Assembly (NCBI GenBank): GCA_965644295.1
Contig: CBFFRP010000430.1
Span: 231,729-295,728, forward strand
DNA: 64,000 bases
From: Paraphysomonas bandaiensis
Lineage: Eukaryota > Protista > Chrysophyceae
Direction: 5' to 3'
Part shown: positions 35,203 to 49,170 of the stretch, piece by piece
Layout of the letters: every line of letters begins with the position of its first letter
Position numbering within the stretch: the first letter of the stretch is position 1
The notes under the pieces: model-generated
The model's input: only the letters and a program-made list of their open reading frames with translations
Told to the model about the DNA's origin: nothing
The model's database searches: none
Made by a program: the position numbers and the translations under genes

Positions 35203-36480
35203 ATGATGCGTTTAGTTCCTGCAATACTCTTCCTAATCATCTCAGTGCAATCCACTCAGGGTTTGGACATAGACCTTGACATCCAGGTCAACAAAGGAGA
35301 CAAGGAAATTTCTTTCACTGGAAAAGATACATCAGTCACTGGTATCACCTTCCACACTAAGCGGAACGAAGATGTCTCCAGCATTTCGTTATTATTTGGC
35401 AATAAAACTGTGCATTGCAGCATTGACGACTCTGTCAAGCGCATAGAGTTGACGGCTGAAGTCACCTCATCTCATCTTGTAACCAGCTTATCATCCAACG
35501 ATAGGGCACGCTTATTTCTATTGTCTGAGACCATTATTACCACTACTCAATTTGCTACCTTAAAGAAAACTGACCGCCGACTTTCAGATGTTTTCCTTGG
35601 TGTACTGCATCTTCTTAGCAAGGCGCCAACTGACTATGTGATGAATATCACCATCGGGTCTACTGATGTACAGGGCACCTACACATCTATTTGCAATGAG
35701 ATAGGCAGTACAGGCACAGCACAATTTACTGTGAACGACACAGTATACCAAGAAGGTGTGACGGTTGGTCCGGTGTGTTACACTCCTCCGGCACTAGGTC
35801 GATGTGGTGCAGGGGGTGGCCCTGATCCGTGGGCTGGAATGATGCAACGATTCACTCAGGAATGCTTGAACCACGACCAATGTTGTGTTGTGAATTCCGA
35901 TGGAGAGGAGAGGCTTCCAATGACTGGAAACTCAGATGGGTACATGGCTGTCAATATATGCGGAAAGGATTGTGCAGATGAGTTTGCGGCCGCCATATTT
36001 GGGTTCTTGTATGCGCACGATTGTGCCACCACAGATGGAAACTGGGAGTTCATAAGCGGGTTTCCAGGTATGCGATTGGATATTACCGGTGGCGTGAGTT
36101 CAGGCGACCCAGAGTACTTCGATGGGGATGTGACTGAATCTATTCAGAACGATCCCTGTACAGACTTCTTAGCCAATGCCATAATACGGAATGGTATGAG
36201 AACTGGCCAGGACGTTTACTATGAATTGCTACAACCGGAGAGCTGTGACTATGACGAAGTTTACTCGTGCTGCAATCAGCCAGACGGAGTCTGCTGCTAC
36301 ACAAAATTCTCTTTTACAGGAAAATTTTCGGATTGCAATGTTGCAGCTGGCGAGGTAACTAATCCGATGAATGCAATATGGCCATGGGATTGGAGACGCG
36401 ATGTTGCCAACAAAGAAAAGAAATATATTCAGAAAGCGATTTCATCCTCTTTCTTTGGATTTAGAAAGACTCAAAATTGA
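35203..36480 (+). CDS. Secreted cysteine-rich protein with GRCG and CxxHDxC motifs
   Basis: Signal peptide, 425-aa intronless ORF, LGRCGAG...TQECLNHDQCC...CADEF. Confidence 0.75.
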   Translation: MMRLVPAILFLIISVQSTQGLDIDLDIQVNKGDKEISFTGKDTSVTGITFHTKRNEDVSSISLLFGNKTVHCSIDDSVKRIELTAEVTSSHLVTSLSSNDRARLFLLSETIITTTQFATLKKTDRRLSDVFLGVLHLLSKAPTDYVMNITIGSTDVQGTYTSICNEIGSTGTAQFTVNDTVYQEGVTVGPVCYTPPALGRCGAGGGPDPWAGMMQRFTQECLNHDQCCVVNSDGEERLPMTGNSDGYMAVNICGKDCADEFAAAIFGFLYAHDCATTDGNWEFISGFPGMRLDITGGVSSGDPEYFDGDVTESIQNDPCTDFLANAIIRNGMRTGQDVYYELLQPESCDYDEVYSCCNQPDGVCCYTKFSFTGKFSDCNVAAGEVTNPMNAIWPWDWRRDVANKEKKYIQKAISSSFFGFRKTQN

Positions 36481-36973
36481 TTTCCTGGAAAAGAAGGACT
36501 AAAATGTTTGAATAACCACTATTTTCATTGCGATGCTGTAATTCCAACAAAGCAATAGTTTGGATTGATTTCAGATAATACTATTATAATATTAATATCA
36601 TCACTTGCATTTGGCGTTTTATGGTGCTAGTTTATATAATGAAAGCGAACAGTTTTCCTTTCCACATTTTAGTTATTACAGGTAGAAGAAAATAACATAA
36701 TTCATCTGTGTATACGCACACATTTTATTAATGCACAATCAGTAAATATAATGAAACACTAGTCTAAAGTAATACCTCTGTATGAAATATCGAACTTGAT
36801 TGTTCTATAGTTATAGTTTTATGCATATATATATATCATGATAGGTTTCATCTAAGTTTCCCTTATTATAAAAATTGATGCTCTTACACAAAATCGACCT
36901 ATTCACTAGCTTCCTATACTCCATTTTATGTGTCCAAACTATAACGGTTGGTTTTTAAGTAAAACCCCAGGAT

Positions 36974-37308
36974 TGTTGTCATTTAGAACGTCAACATTGA
37001 ACTGTGCAGACAGATATGCAGTAAGCAGGGCTGCGCATCAATTAATTGTCCATTACTGAATTTGCAATAATTGAAATTGAAACAGCAAGTAACAATTGAC
37101 TACAACCTGCGTCAATTAATTGACAAGTGATACACAGCCCTGGCAGTAAGGAGTCCAATAAGATGTGGTGCCTTACTATTACTATTCACTTTTGACTGCA
37201 TAGATACAGAGTGGAAAAACGATGAGGAATGGATTTAATAACATCATATATTAATTGTTTATAAACAGATATGTGACATGTAGTCCCAATCAGGTAGAGA
37301 GTACAATA
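36974..37308 (+). repeat. Right copy of ~340-bp direct repeat, containing hAT MITE 37026-37142 (TSD GCAGTAAG)
   Basis: Aligns with 29425-29772. Confidence 0.92.
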
Positions 37309-37429
37309 TTATGGTAAAACAAATATACATTAAATACCACAAAATGAGCACAAATCAGAACGGTGGAGGATAGCTCAGAGCATATGAACGTCAGCTGGTG
37401 ATAAATTCAAAGGGTAATATGAAGTGTGA

Positions 37430-38284
37430 TTACTTTCGAGACAAAATTATTTCAGCTTTTACTCTTTCATGTTTTTCTCGTTCTGACCTTTTCATACGCA
37501 GTAAGCGAATTTCCTCAGCACTTAATTTGTGCTCTTTGTCTGACGGAGATCGATCGCGCTTTCTCTTTTTACTCTTTCTTACATCCTTATGATCCTTCTT
37601 TTTAGACTTTGATCTTTTATTATGCTTCATGCTTGCATCCCCTGTTTCACCGCCGGATTGCAAGCTTTGATCTGATAATTTTAGTTGGCTAATTAGCTTA
37701 CGTTTTTCACTCTCAGCATCGTTCGTATCCAAAAATCGTGCCATTGGGTCTGCAGCAGCCTTTCGTGCTAAATCTCTGTCCATTGCTGGTAGCGCCTCGT
37801 CTCCAGACAACTTGCGGCCGCCTACCATCACGCTCCTACTATCTGCATTGGACACATCCATATACCACGGGGTTATTTTTTTTAATTCTGCAGACCCTTC
37901 ACCAAGAGCCCATGGAGCAGATCCCTCTCTTCTTTTTTGTAGCAATTCTTTTTCTTCTTTTTCTTTTTTATATTCTTCATTTGGAGCACAATATTTTTGT
38001 TCTGATTGTAATAATCGACTATCCCTCTTATCAATCACACCATCCTCACCCCTTCCGTCTCTACCCCCCACCTCTCTACTCCCCTCCTCTCTCCCCTCCT
38101 CTCTATCCCCTGTACCCTTACGTAACATCTCCATAATATGTTCAGCATTTGTATCTCTTTCTTTCAACTTATTAGCCTCAATCTCTTCTCTATGCAGTCT
38201 CTCATCTCTCTTAACTTTCTCAATATTATCACGATTCCATACATTCCATCTTTTATGACGTAATATAATCAAACGACCTGACAT
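37430..38284 (-). CDS. Cir_N-domain splicing-associated protein, LENG1/CWC25-like
   Basis: N-terminal IL.HKRWNVWNRDNIEKVKRDE, then PWY and DPM motifs and a basic coiled-coil end. Confidence 0.75.
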   Translation of the reverse strand: MSGRLIILRHKRWNVWNRDNIEKVKRDERLHREEIEANKLKERDTNAEHIMEMLRKGTGDREEGREEGSREVGGRDGRGEDGVIDKRDSRLLQSEQKYCAPNEEYKKEKEEKELLQKRREGSAPWALGEGSAELKKITPWYMDVSNADSRSVMVGGRKLSGDEALPAMDRDLARKAAADPMARFLDTNDAESEKRKLISQLKLSDQSLQSGGETGDASMKHNKRSKSKKKDHKDVRKSKKRKRDRSPSDKEHKLSAEEIRLLRMKRSEREKHERVKAEIILSRK

Positions 38285-39502
38285 GATATGGATAGTTTTA
38301 TATAGATCGTATATATGTATATTGTGTTATTGAGTGGATTGATGTATGTATGTATGTTTAAGGAGCGTATGTGTGCTGTAGAGGCATATATAGACATATA
38401 TGAACATGTATGTATATTCATTTTATATAGGAGGAATACGGAATATATAATAAAATCTCAGAAATATAATACAAAAAGTGCCCTAAATATCCGAAATTTG
38501 TATATACCGTTCGGAAATTCCAGTTTTATAGCAGAACACTATTATTTTCTGAAGTGGGACAGAGGACATAGAGCTCTATCCATATCAACAGATGCAGGAA
38601 AAGATGCTATGCATCCTATGCTTTAATGGAACTTATATTTCACATAAACAAGTGTACATCGAGGCTATTGCAAGGCAGCTAATGTAACATGCTACAAAAT
38701 TTAATGATACTATCTACATCTTCTGCACTGCAATATCAGTCGTGGCTGCGCTACTAGAACCACAGCACGTGAATGCACTCACAACAAGACCACCAAACAG
38801 TTCCAGCGTATAATATTCACTTCAGTTATCACTGTGCCCAAATGACTTATGATTGGCAATATTATAGTGGTATAGATTATGGAAAACGGAAGATGTCTGA
38901 ACACGGAATAGGAACCACAGTTAATTAGGAAGAATATATAAGTTTTACATGAATTTCGAACTTCAAACCTCTTCTATGAGATAGTATTATATATATATGA
39001 TGTCATTTAAAAAGTATATTCAGAACGGTGTAGCGTAAAGAGTACGTTGATTAGCAAAAGTTATCAAGTGTACAGTGACAAGGAGTAAGAGAGTACGAGA
39101 TTATATATAGTTTATTTGTAGTGATAAGATAACTATCTAAACTGTTGATAAAAATTTTATTTGTGCCAAAACTTGTGAGTACCGTAGAGGGTGTAATATC
39201 TAATCACCAGAGACTACAGATTGCATCGAAATGCTGATATCATGAGAAGTAATGTCACGGCACAGTGTATTATTATTGCTAATATCTTGCATCGTACAGT
39301 TGCAATAAACGAAATTCTTCCTTCATATAATTGTGCTAAGTAAAATATCGATGAAAATCTGAGTTATAAGAGTTACGAGTTATAATACGTTTGACCGTAG
39401 TAACGACACAAAGAAATGATAGACCCTATTGGCAGAGCAACTCGACTTGATATGTAAGTGCAGGACCAGCATATAAAGCGCACTCTAAATACAGAATTCG
39501 CT

Positions 39503-40535
39503 TCACTTTGACTTCTCTCGCCTCCACTCAACATACTCATCGAGTAGTAACGGCCCTATAGAAACAAAATTACTACAACATCAGAGAGCATGTTAACATC
39601 TTACATGCACCATCGTCGTCATAGTGCGCTAAATCGACTCCAACGGAATCCTGAAACTGAAGAAAAGAGTCCCACTGGTCAAGAGTTATCACAGTGTGGT
39701 TACAGCTCTCCAAGAACTGCTGATAGTCATAACAAATATTGTATGTAGACAGAGACACACCTGTAAGAAGTACTCTAAGTGTGGTGCCCTATTGCGGTCA
39801 AGAACTATAGGCAGCAAAGAGGCCACTATCTCCTTCTCTAAAAATGAAAAGTTGATTGCGAATAAAATACAACCTTGCACATACCAATCGTTTTGTGTGT
39901 ACCCTCACGAGAAAACTGGAATACAAATCGAAAGAAATCTACAGCACGAGCCAAACAATAAATATGCGACTCATGATATCGACTGACAATAACCTCTGAA
40001 ATCGCCTTTGTCCAAAAATCCAGGGTCAAAACTGGGGCTCTTGTTGATCAAATCTGTTACAGTAGAGGCACTACAGCACAATAGATAAGAAATAATACCC
40101 GCAATATTTATCATACCCGATATCCTTCATTCCCTTTACGAATTCGGTCTTAGTAATGCACCCCGGTTTCTGGGAACTGCCCAGTCTCCACAACAACACC
40201 AAGAGGCGCACCTAAATAGAATCATCAACAGGAAAATAAACAATTTATAGGAATTACATCAGAGCTCGGGTCCATATCTAGGGCCTCTCCAAGACGCCCT
40301 ATACCATCTGCATATATTATCATTTAAACAACTGTATATGTGTCATATATCCATTTCTGAACCTAGTGACATTATCTCCGGATCATCTTCATCTATACAT
40401 ATATGTTATATACGTATAAACCATATTCATTATATTGCCTGCAAATGTATGGAATGTTTGCAGTATTTCTTCTTCTAGAGCAGCATCTACCTCATTCCGG
40501 GATGATTTTGACTTTGATTTCTTTCTAGAGAACAT
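39503..40535 (-). CDS. DCN1-like cullin neddylation protein, multi-exon
   Basis: DDPEIMSL.GI.RL.EAL.MDPSSDVRLLVLLWRL; FFRFVFQFSRE; ITLDQWDSFLQF...YDDDGA(W)PLLLDEYVEW. Confidence 0.85.
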
Positions 40536-41005
40536 GGATGTTTTATCTTACAGAAGTATTTGGACGAGTTATTAATAATACCAACCAGTCTAGTGTTTAA
40601 GTGTGTGTAAACATACACATACGGCCGGTTCATATATACATACATGTACACACCACATCCCATAATTCTTCTATAGCATCCTATCGTAGTGTACAAAAGT
40701 ACATAAAAATCATGGAAAAACAAGAAAAATGCTATTAAAAAGTATGAAAGTACTAATATCCGGAAATATTACATAATTTGACAGTTTTTATATCGAAAAG
40801 TATATGACAACACATAAAAAGCAAGGATTATAGACAATGTAAAAATTAGATATAGGGAAGTTAGTTAAAATGAGAAGATGTAATTGTCCTGCCAGAGATG
40901 TTGATATATATGCACTACTGAGGCAAGATATCATTCCATAATACTTTCATGAACAGTGTTAACAACACTGTATGTATGGAATCAAGTTAGTAGTGATAAT
41001 TTGTA

Positions 41006-41737
41006 ATGTTCTTTCCTTATCGCTCCAATAGATTCTCTCTATGGCAGTTAGCTCTATGTATAGTAATCACTGCTGCGTTATCCGATATATGTATGTCTCA
41101 AACTACAGGAAAAATTGAAAAATGCCTTGTAGACAACATTGGACATGCATTGCTTTCATGCTTGATGTGGGTATCGGCGTTGATTCCGAGAGATGGTTCC
41201 ACAAGTCGTACTATTCCAAGTAAGGGATTAGATTCTCATGGAGGAAGTTCGAAACATAGTATATGGTATTTAGAATTAGGAGCTGCTTTTGCACTTGGAA
41301 GCCTTTTAGATATTGATCATTTTGTTATGGGAGGATCGTTATCTCTAACATCTGCGACCTCCCTACCTTCAAGGCCGTTTGGTCATTCAGTGGCATTTGT
41401 CATCGTTATGTCTGTAAGTTCTCTTACTACTGCATACTTCTATTCACACTTTTTCTAGTTTTTTGCTATGCTATTCACTGGACGATACCGTTATGCTTTA
41501 CTTACTTTTGTGTCGCTCCTTACCCACCAGCTGAGAGATGCTACGAGAAGAGGTCTTTGGCTGTGGCCACTGGGAAGCACACCCCCTATTTGGTATGCCT
41601 TATATCTATTTATCCTAGCTCTTGCTGTTTTTGTGATTCACAATATGGCAGCTATGTATTTTTTGTCTGCTCATGTTAGCCCTCTGCCTGGGAGCAATCT
41701 CGTAGAAAGAAGTCGTTCACAGCTACAGAATGTGTAG
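41006..41737 (+). CDS. TMEM267-like membrane protein
   Basis: DNIGHAL..W, LLDIDHF...SL..ATSLPSRPFGH, HQLRDATRRGLWLWP; one intron near 41413-41458. Confidence 0.85.
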
Positions 41738-42007
41738 CTTTACATTAGTATGTTATTCCTTTATTATTCTTACAAGGTGTAGAAAGTTTAATCAAGTCTT
41801 TATTCTCATTCGTTGCTCAATTACTATGTACTCTATGCGACTATAATATGAAAGACTTCAGTTAATATACACGAAAGAATCTGTAGTGTATGTATAGAGT
41901 ATTAAATGTTCATACAAGTCAGAGGGTGGGCGTATACGCGTATACAGATGATAAACCTTAATTACAGAATTTCTTCTTTCGTATATACATCAGCAAACAC
42001 TATTCAC

Positions 42008-43286
42008 TTAGAAGCCTGCAAACAGTTGTTGATCAGAATCAGATATTTCAGAAGAATCTACATGATCTGACGGATTCAGTATGTCTAAAAAGCCTAGTCG
42101 CTCATCAAAGTCTATCGGTGGCATGGTTCCGGCTTCGACAGCGTTCCAGTCAATGGAGGCTAAGAAAGACGAGGACATAATCTGCGAAAGTACTCACAAA
42201 AAATGAAAAAATAATGCACACAACACCTGTTCTTCGTCCCATATACCCCAGCGCCTTTCCAGATTAATCACCAGGAGTTTCCTTGCCAAGTCAATAGCAC
42301 TTTGCACCTCGGGAGTCTCTGCAGAACTCATTCCACACTGGTCGCAGAAGCTGTTACAGTCATCGGGGGAACTTATACTAAGTGCAGCCAAATCATCTTC
42401 AGAGGGAAGCCGGCCATGAATCATCTCAAGCAGAAGCACGCCCAGTGACCACCAGTCTACGCTAAGTCCATAGCCACTGCATCTATTTTCCAGAGACTGC
42501 TGTTGATTACAACGGAGCATCTCTGGAGGCATACAATGTGGCGTTCCAATCACAGTGAAAGTGCGTGGACACTGCGTAACACCAGCAGCAACCACTGCAT
42601 CAAATTCGGAAGGGTGGAATAGAGACTTCGATGAGCCAAAATCACATATTTTTAAGTGTCCTCTGGAAGTGAGAACACAATTGCTGGCTTTCAAATCTCC
42701 TGCTCATGACGGGGTATTAATAATAACCCACACAATGGCGTATAAACTTGTAGTACTTACGGTGTATACACCCCTGTCGAGCCATATGTCTCAATGCAGA
42801 TATGATCTGGGCAAGATATAGAGAGGTTGTAGCTGTCCCGAAGCCACAGCTTTCTCGTATATGGATGTGTAATGGACCTCCAAGTGCAGCCTCAATGTAT
42901 AAGTAAAGGTTTAACTCATCCTTGCCTGTGTCCAGGTATTTCACTATATAAGGATTCTGGTATATTGGTTCGTTATTTCCCTATATAAGGACAAAGATAC
43001 AGTATACCGATAGCATCTGCAAAACACTCTTCTCAGCTAATATTCTTTCAATTCGTCCATCTGCAATTGATTTCTGTCTATCATAAGTCTTACATGCTAA
43101 TTGAAACAGTAAATAATCAATAACCAAGTAGTATATACACCAGCAGTACATACCTCTATACTCTGAGCCCCCGACTCTCACACAACTGATCCTGGAGATA
43201 ATAAACATCACAGCTATCGTTGTTAACAGATATTATAACCTGGCGAATTTACCCTCACCGAGGGTTGCAACTGGCGTACCATTCAT
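42008..43286 (-). CDS. AGC-group Ser/Thr protein kinase, multi-exon
   Basis: LGEGKFAR, LACK, EK.VL, IHR(DLK)ASN, DFG, GTP.CMPPE, DWWSLG and a C-terminal LFAGF*. Confidence 0.88.
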
Positions 43287-43345
43287 GGTCTAGAATCTAG
43301 TTAGCTTAAAATTGCAACACAAATTCTGCTTATCTGAATGGGAAC

Positions 43346-43895
43346 GTACATACATACATACATACATACATACATACATACATACATACATACATACATA
43401 CATACATACATACATACATACATACATACATACATACATACCTACATACATACATACATACATACCTACCTACATACATACATACATACATACATACATA
43501 CATACACACTACACATACATACATACATACATACATACATACATACATACATACATACATACATTCATACATACTTACATTCATACATACATACATACAT
43601 ACATACATACATACATACATACATACATACATACATAGATACATACATACATACATACATACATACATACATACATACATACATACATACATACATACAT
43701 ACATACATACATACATACATACATACATACATACATACATACATACATACATACATACATACATACATACATACATACATACATACATACATACATACAT
43801 ACATACATACATACATACATACATACATACATACATACATACATACATACATACATACATACATACATACATACATACATACATACATACATACA

Positions 43896-43927
<32 letters not shown>

Positions 43928-44302
43928 CATAAATACATACATACATAAATACATAAATACATACATAAAGACATACATACTTACAGACAGACATACATAC
44001 AGACACACATACATACAGACACACACAGACACACATACATACATACATACATACATACATACATACATACATACATACATACATACATACATACATACAT
44101 ACATACATACATACATACATACATACATACATACATACATACATACATACATACATACATACATACATACATACATACATACATACATACATACATACAT
44201 ACATACATACATACATACATACATACATACATACATACATACATAATGTACATACATACATACATACATACATACATACATACATACATAATGTACATAC
44301 AT
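43346..44302. repeat. Long compound (CATA)n microsatellite
   Basis: Direct inspection; about 950 bp with interrupted blocks. Confidence 0.97.
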
Positions 44303-44398
44303 AGCTAATACCTTCATATATATATCCTCCACAAGTCATTGTTATCTTGTAGGGTCACATTCCATATCACTTCACACTTCATACTTCACTCTAATCAA

Positions 44399-45969
44399 AT
44401 GATTAAATTCACAAAGAACGCATTTCATAGTAAATCACTGTATCGTTTTAAATCCACAGTGGTGGATATTCATTCACATTTCTTACCATATTCATGGCCT
44501 GATTTCTCAAAGAAATATGGTGATAAAGATGGTAAATGGCCATGGATGAGACATGATGGGACTCTTCCTAGTACATGTGATGCGATGTTAATGTTAGGGG
44601 ACTCTGATTTTCGTCCAGTACAATCTCGTTGTTGGAATATGTAAGTTATACACTCCTATAGATGAATACAGTAGTTGATATGATATATGGATGTTGTTGA
44701 TAGGTCTCAACGTATTGAAGACATGGATAGAGATGGTATTGACTGTCAGATCATATCAAATACTCCCATATTGTTTCAGTATCATCGACCTATTGAACAG
44801 GTACTGTGTTCTATAGGCTTATATGAGGTGTGATATGACTGATTTATTGTTTAGACAATTGCAGTTGCACGACATTTTAATGATCATGCACTTGAAATGG
44901 TGTCTGAGAGTAATGGACGACTGGTTACTCTAGCTCAGGTACCACTTCAAGATACGGATGCGGCTTGTGAGGAAGCATCCCGTGCAATGAAGACTGGACA
45001 TCATGGAATTCAGATCGGTAATCATGTGGGTCCGATGGACCTCGATGCCGACAAGTTAGTAGCATTTCTGCACCATTGTGCAGATGATAATGTGAGTGAT
45101 ACACATTGTATTCGATATGATCTAAAGTACGATATTCAGATCCCTGTATTGGTGCACCCGTGGGACATGTTCGGTGTTGACAGAATGGAGAAGTATATGA
45201 TGGCTTGGACAGTTGGTGAGTTGGACGACAAAGCCTTACATGTGGGCTAATTATATATGCTGTGTAGGAATGCCGGCTGAGACGCATCTCTCAATAGTGG
45301 CCATGATTTTGAGTAAGTCTTAACTAGTGATGAACTAGTGTTAATGAACTCAATGTTGACACGTGTTGTGCACAGGTGGGGCCTTCGACCGTCTTCCGAA
45401 ATCCCTTAAATTGTGTTTTGCTCACGGAGGGGGAGCATTCGCATTTCTTCTACCTCGACTGGAGAATGCCTACCTTCATCGAGATATTGCCCGAGGGAAT
45501 GCTAGTATGCCTCCGTCCCACTACGTTGACAGGTAGATATATGTATAAATATTCCAGTTACTCCATAGATTACTTTCGGAACAGATTTTCGGTTGATTCA
45601 GCTGTGTTTGGCACTGACTCTTTGGACCTTCTCGTGAAAACAATGGGTGCAGAGAGGTCTGTTTTGATATTGTTGTCTCGTGCTGGCATAATTACTGGCA
45701 TTCTTCAGAGTAATGCTTGGGTCTGACTATCCATATCCCCTCGGTGAGCAACGCGTCGGTAATCTAGTGAGAGAAGCTTTTACGAAAAATGTTTTGACCG
45801 AGAGTCAGGTGTGTAGCTCTGACTATGTTGCATTGATATTTCTAATATATTGCACTCTATTAGAGAGATCAAATTCTTGGGGAAAACGGTAAGTTATGTC
45901 AGGTCGTTTGTTTTTGTACTTACGTGACTGCTTTGTTTAGCTCTTCGATTCTGGGGTATCAAACACTAA
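44399..45969 (+). CDS. ACMSD: 2-amino-3-carboxymuconate-6-semialdehyde decarboxylase, multi-exon
   Basis: [47 protein letters not shown] amidohydrolase motifs. Confidence 0.92.
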
Positions 45970-46718
45970 ACGCAGCTAATTATATTTTGTGTCAACTAAA
46001 TTAATGTACACTTTTTTACTGATAGTATCCGTTAGTGGCACACACACTAATAGCGGGCACTTATAAATTCACATAGTAGTTATAATGGGATTTGTCCGTC
46101 GATATGTGCTTTGTAAACCTGTCATCGCGTAGGTGCCAATCTACATTCGCTATTCTAGTTGAAATATATAGATCATTTCATCGTCTCCAAATCGATAACT
46201 TCATTCGCTTTCCACTTTTATGTATTGACCTAGTTAGCCTTTCATGACAGTAGATCGTTATATCAGGAAAGATGCCAACACACCAACACCAGTTATATTT
46301 TCAGTACATATGTTTCAGTTTCAATTTGTGCTTTGGAAGACACTGTGTTTCGCTGAATTATATATAATATATATTAGGAGCGATAGTGTGATAGTAGCAA
46401 CCTGGGATAGGGAACAATATCCTAAAAAGAGAATTCACTGGGCAGTGTCAGGTTCTCATCAAATTCTCGGACCAATTCATTAAGTTTTTGTACCGTGTCA
46501 TAGTATTTCTCGCTATTACTGTACATGCATCGCAATTTCATTTGTACTTAACAAAAATAAAGTGGCGTATGAAGCCAGTTACTTATAAAATATGCGAGTA
46601 TTCACAGCCTGCATTCTTACATATTTCAGGATTACACACTATACACAGGGCTATATATATGACAGTTGCTACAAACGTACACTATGATAACATACTACAC
46701 ACATAGCGTATACTAGCA

Positions 46719-49170
46719 TCACGCATCGTCTTGCTCGTACTCTTGGTAATGTTGACGGTACCATTTTTCAAATATGTGAGCAGGTATTCGAGGAAGATGA
46801 GTATTCTCTTCGCCGTTAGCTAGTGCAATGAGGCACTCTTCAACATCTCCACTATCTACCGGTATAGGCGCACGCAGAGCCACTAAAACTTTTCGTACAG
46901 TATCGGGCCCAACACATCCATCGCACGGAAGTCCATCATCTCGTTTTCTTTCTATAACACTGTCTATCTTCTCTCGTACTGCTGTCCACGCACATGTACA
47001 GTTGCCAGAGGTTCTGCAGTCACATGTGTCGGTACGATCCTTTCTTTTACGGAGGTACAGCACTAGTTTTCTACTACGCACACATCTTCTAGCACAAGCC
47101 ATACATACGGCTGTGAGTCCCAGAGCAGGACACTCGTAAGCGCACTCCAGACCCTTTCTCCGCCACTTAAGCTGAGGAATCTGTTCGCGCGTATCCATAC
47201 AGTATCTGCACCCAGTATTGAGTAAACGAATAAAATAGTTTACATACTCACTTGAGTCCTTCCTCGAAGTCCTCATTTGGAATTTCCTCGTCAGTTTTAC
47301 CGGCTTGACCCTCCATGACTTTATCAGGGTTATCAAGCAGAGAGGGATCCATGCCATGTCGCTTCAGCTCCAGTTTCAGCCGGTGCCTAATCAGCTTGCT
47401 TCCGCCCTCCTACATCATCAGTAAGCTATATTCACATAAACCACCAATCCTTCCTACCTCTAATATCTTGAAGAAGTCTCTCAGCATCGGTTGGTCCCTG
47501 ACAAGCAACGGCTTGTGAGAAGTCACAAACAACGTGTGCCTGTCCCCTGCACAAGTAGTCAACAAAAGAAGGGGCGTGGCGACATATCATCTTCTTCATA
47601 CTAACCGGCAGACACGCTTGTTACTCGCATGCGTCTACAGGCGGTCAACAGTACGGGTTGAAGACGTATATCTGTGTCGCCTAGTCCTAGCTGACCGTAG
47701 CTGTTATCGCCCCACACCCATACATCAGGAATACCATCTGAAAACGAGAAAAGCGAGGTTACGAATAATAATTCGCAGATTGTCCGCGCACCTGTTCCAC
47801 CAACTCCGGCAACAGCAACAGAGTGGCGCATACCCGCCGACATCTGAATTACATTCTTCACATTTGGCACAACCTGTGGCTTGGGATTATCCCAAGCAAA
47901 TCCGTCCCCCAGCTGACCATATTCCCCTGCGCCCCAAACCACTATCTGCCGAGCAGGCAGAAATAGAAGCATATTATGATAACCCCCACATACAATGTGC
48001 AATGGTTTGTAGGAATATTTTTCAAGATATTTCATTACCCATCGCAGATGCTGGGGCTTGCTCGAGAACCGGATGTCAGCTATATAAGGTAAAACAAGAC
48101 TACATTAGACAGTGACATATGAACGACAAGTCCGCATACCAGAGCTGAGCTGACCCTGTTCGTGTGCACCCCAACCATAGACACAATCATTAACGCTATT
48201 ATCTCGACGCTTCACCTGCATCGTGTGGTCAGAGAGTGAGCTACACATATATGTAGAATAGAGAGACAAGCATACCCTGACGATGGCAAGTGAGTGGGCG
48301 ACGCCACAGGCTACTTCTAATACGCAATCCCTCTCTGTGTTTATCTCTGCTGCTAAATCTGGTTCAACTTCCATTCGACTAACATGCCCCCGCCCCAGCT
48401 GTCCTTGATCATTTCTTCCCCAGGAATACAACTTCCCGTTATACGTCAAGCACAGCGCATGGAATTTTCCCAGTGCAACCTATGCAAGAAATAACATCAA
48501 ATACTAATAAAGTTTCATAATCATAAAATCAGTGCACCTGTTTTACACGTTGTCGTTGTAGAGACATTATCTGACGTGGTATTTGCCATGTTTCATCATC
48601 TCCATGTCCTAATATGCCAAATTTTCCAAGACCGAAGCTGTATACATTCCCACCTGCGTATATAAGACTGCGTTAATATCAATGACTTTAAATATTCTCT
48701 ACATTACTTTTTGTTATTACAAAACAATTCCCATAACCAGCTATAACATCTATAGGTGGTTCTTCTTCATCCCATTCTACATCCTCTGGTGTTAACACAC
48801 CCTCTTCTTCACATAACATCCCTTGATTTAAACCAAAAAACATAATTTTCTTGGATTTTCTACCAAATCGTCCTTTTTCAGGGATATAATTAATCATTAA
48901 GAGGATTGTATGCCTACTTCCTGCAGATGATTTTTTACATACATATTGACGTCCTTTTGTATCAATTGGCCGATATATACCACTAACTGGACGTGGACAT
49001 AGTTGTATATATGAGTTTGTAGGGGGATCATTCATGTAGCCGCATCTACCGTCTTCCATCCATCCACATGAGAATAAATTAATGACAGGTTGATATGAAC
49101 ATTCCCATTGTTCTTCATCGGATGAAAAATATTTATCTTGTTTAGGTATAATTGTGTTCATAGTATTCAT
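46719..49170 (-). CDS. RCC1-repeat protein with a C-terminal Cys-rich (UBR-like) region
   Basis: SAGSRHT, YSWGRNDQGQLG, WVWGDNSYGQLGLG repeats; C..C..C...CDC at the C-terminus. Confidence 0.85.

Noticed and set aside
29425-37308. Direct repeats as LTRs of a retroelement carrying the NTase
   Set aside because: No TSD, PBS, PPT or gag/pol remnants seen; kept only as a direct repeat.
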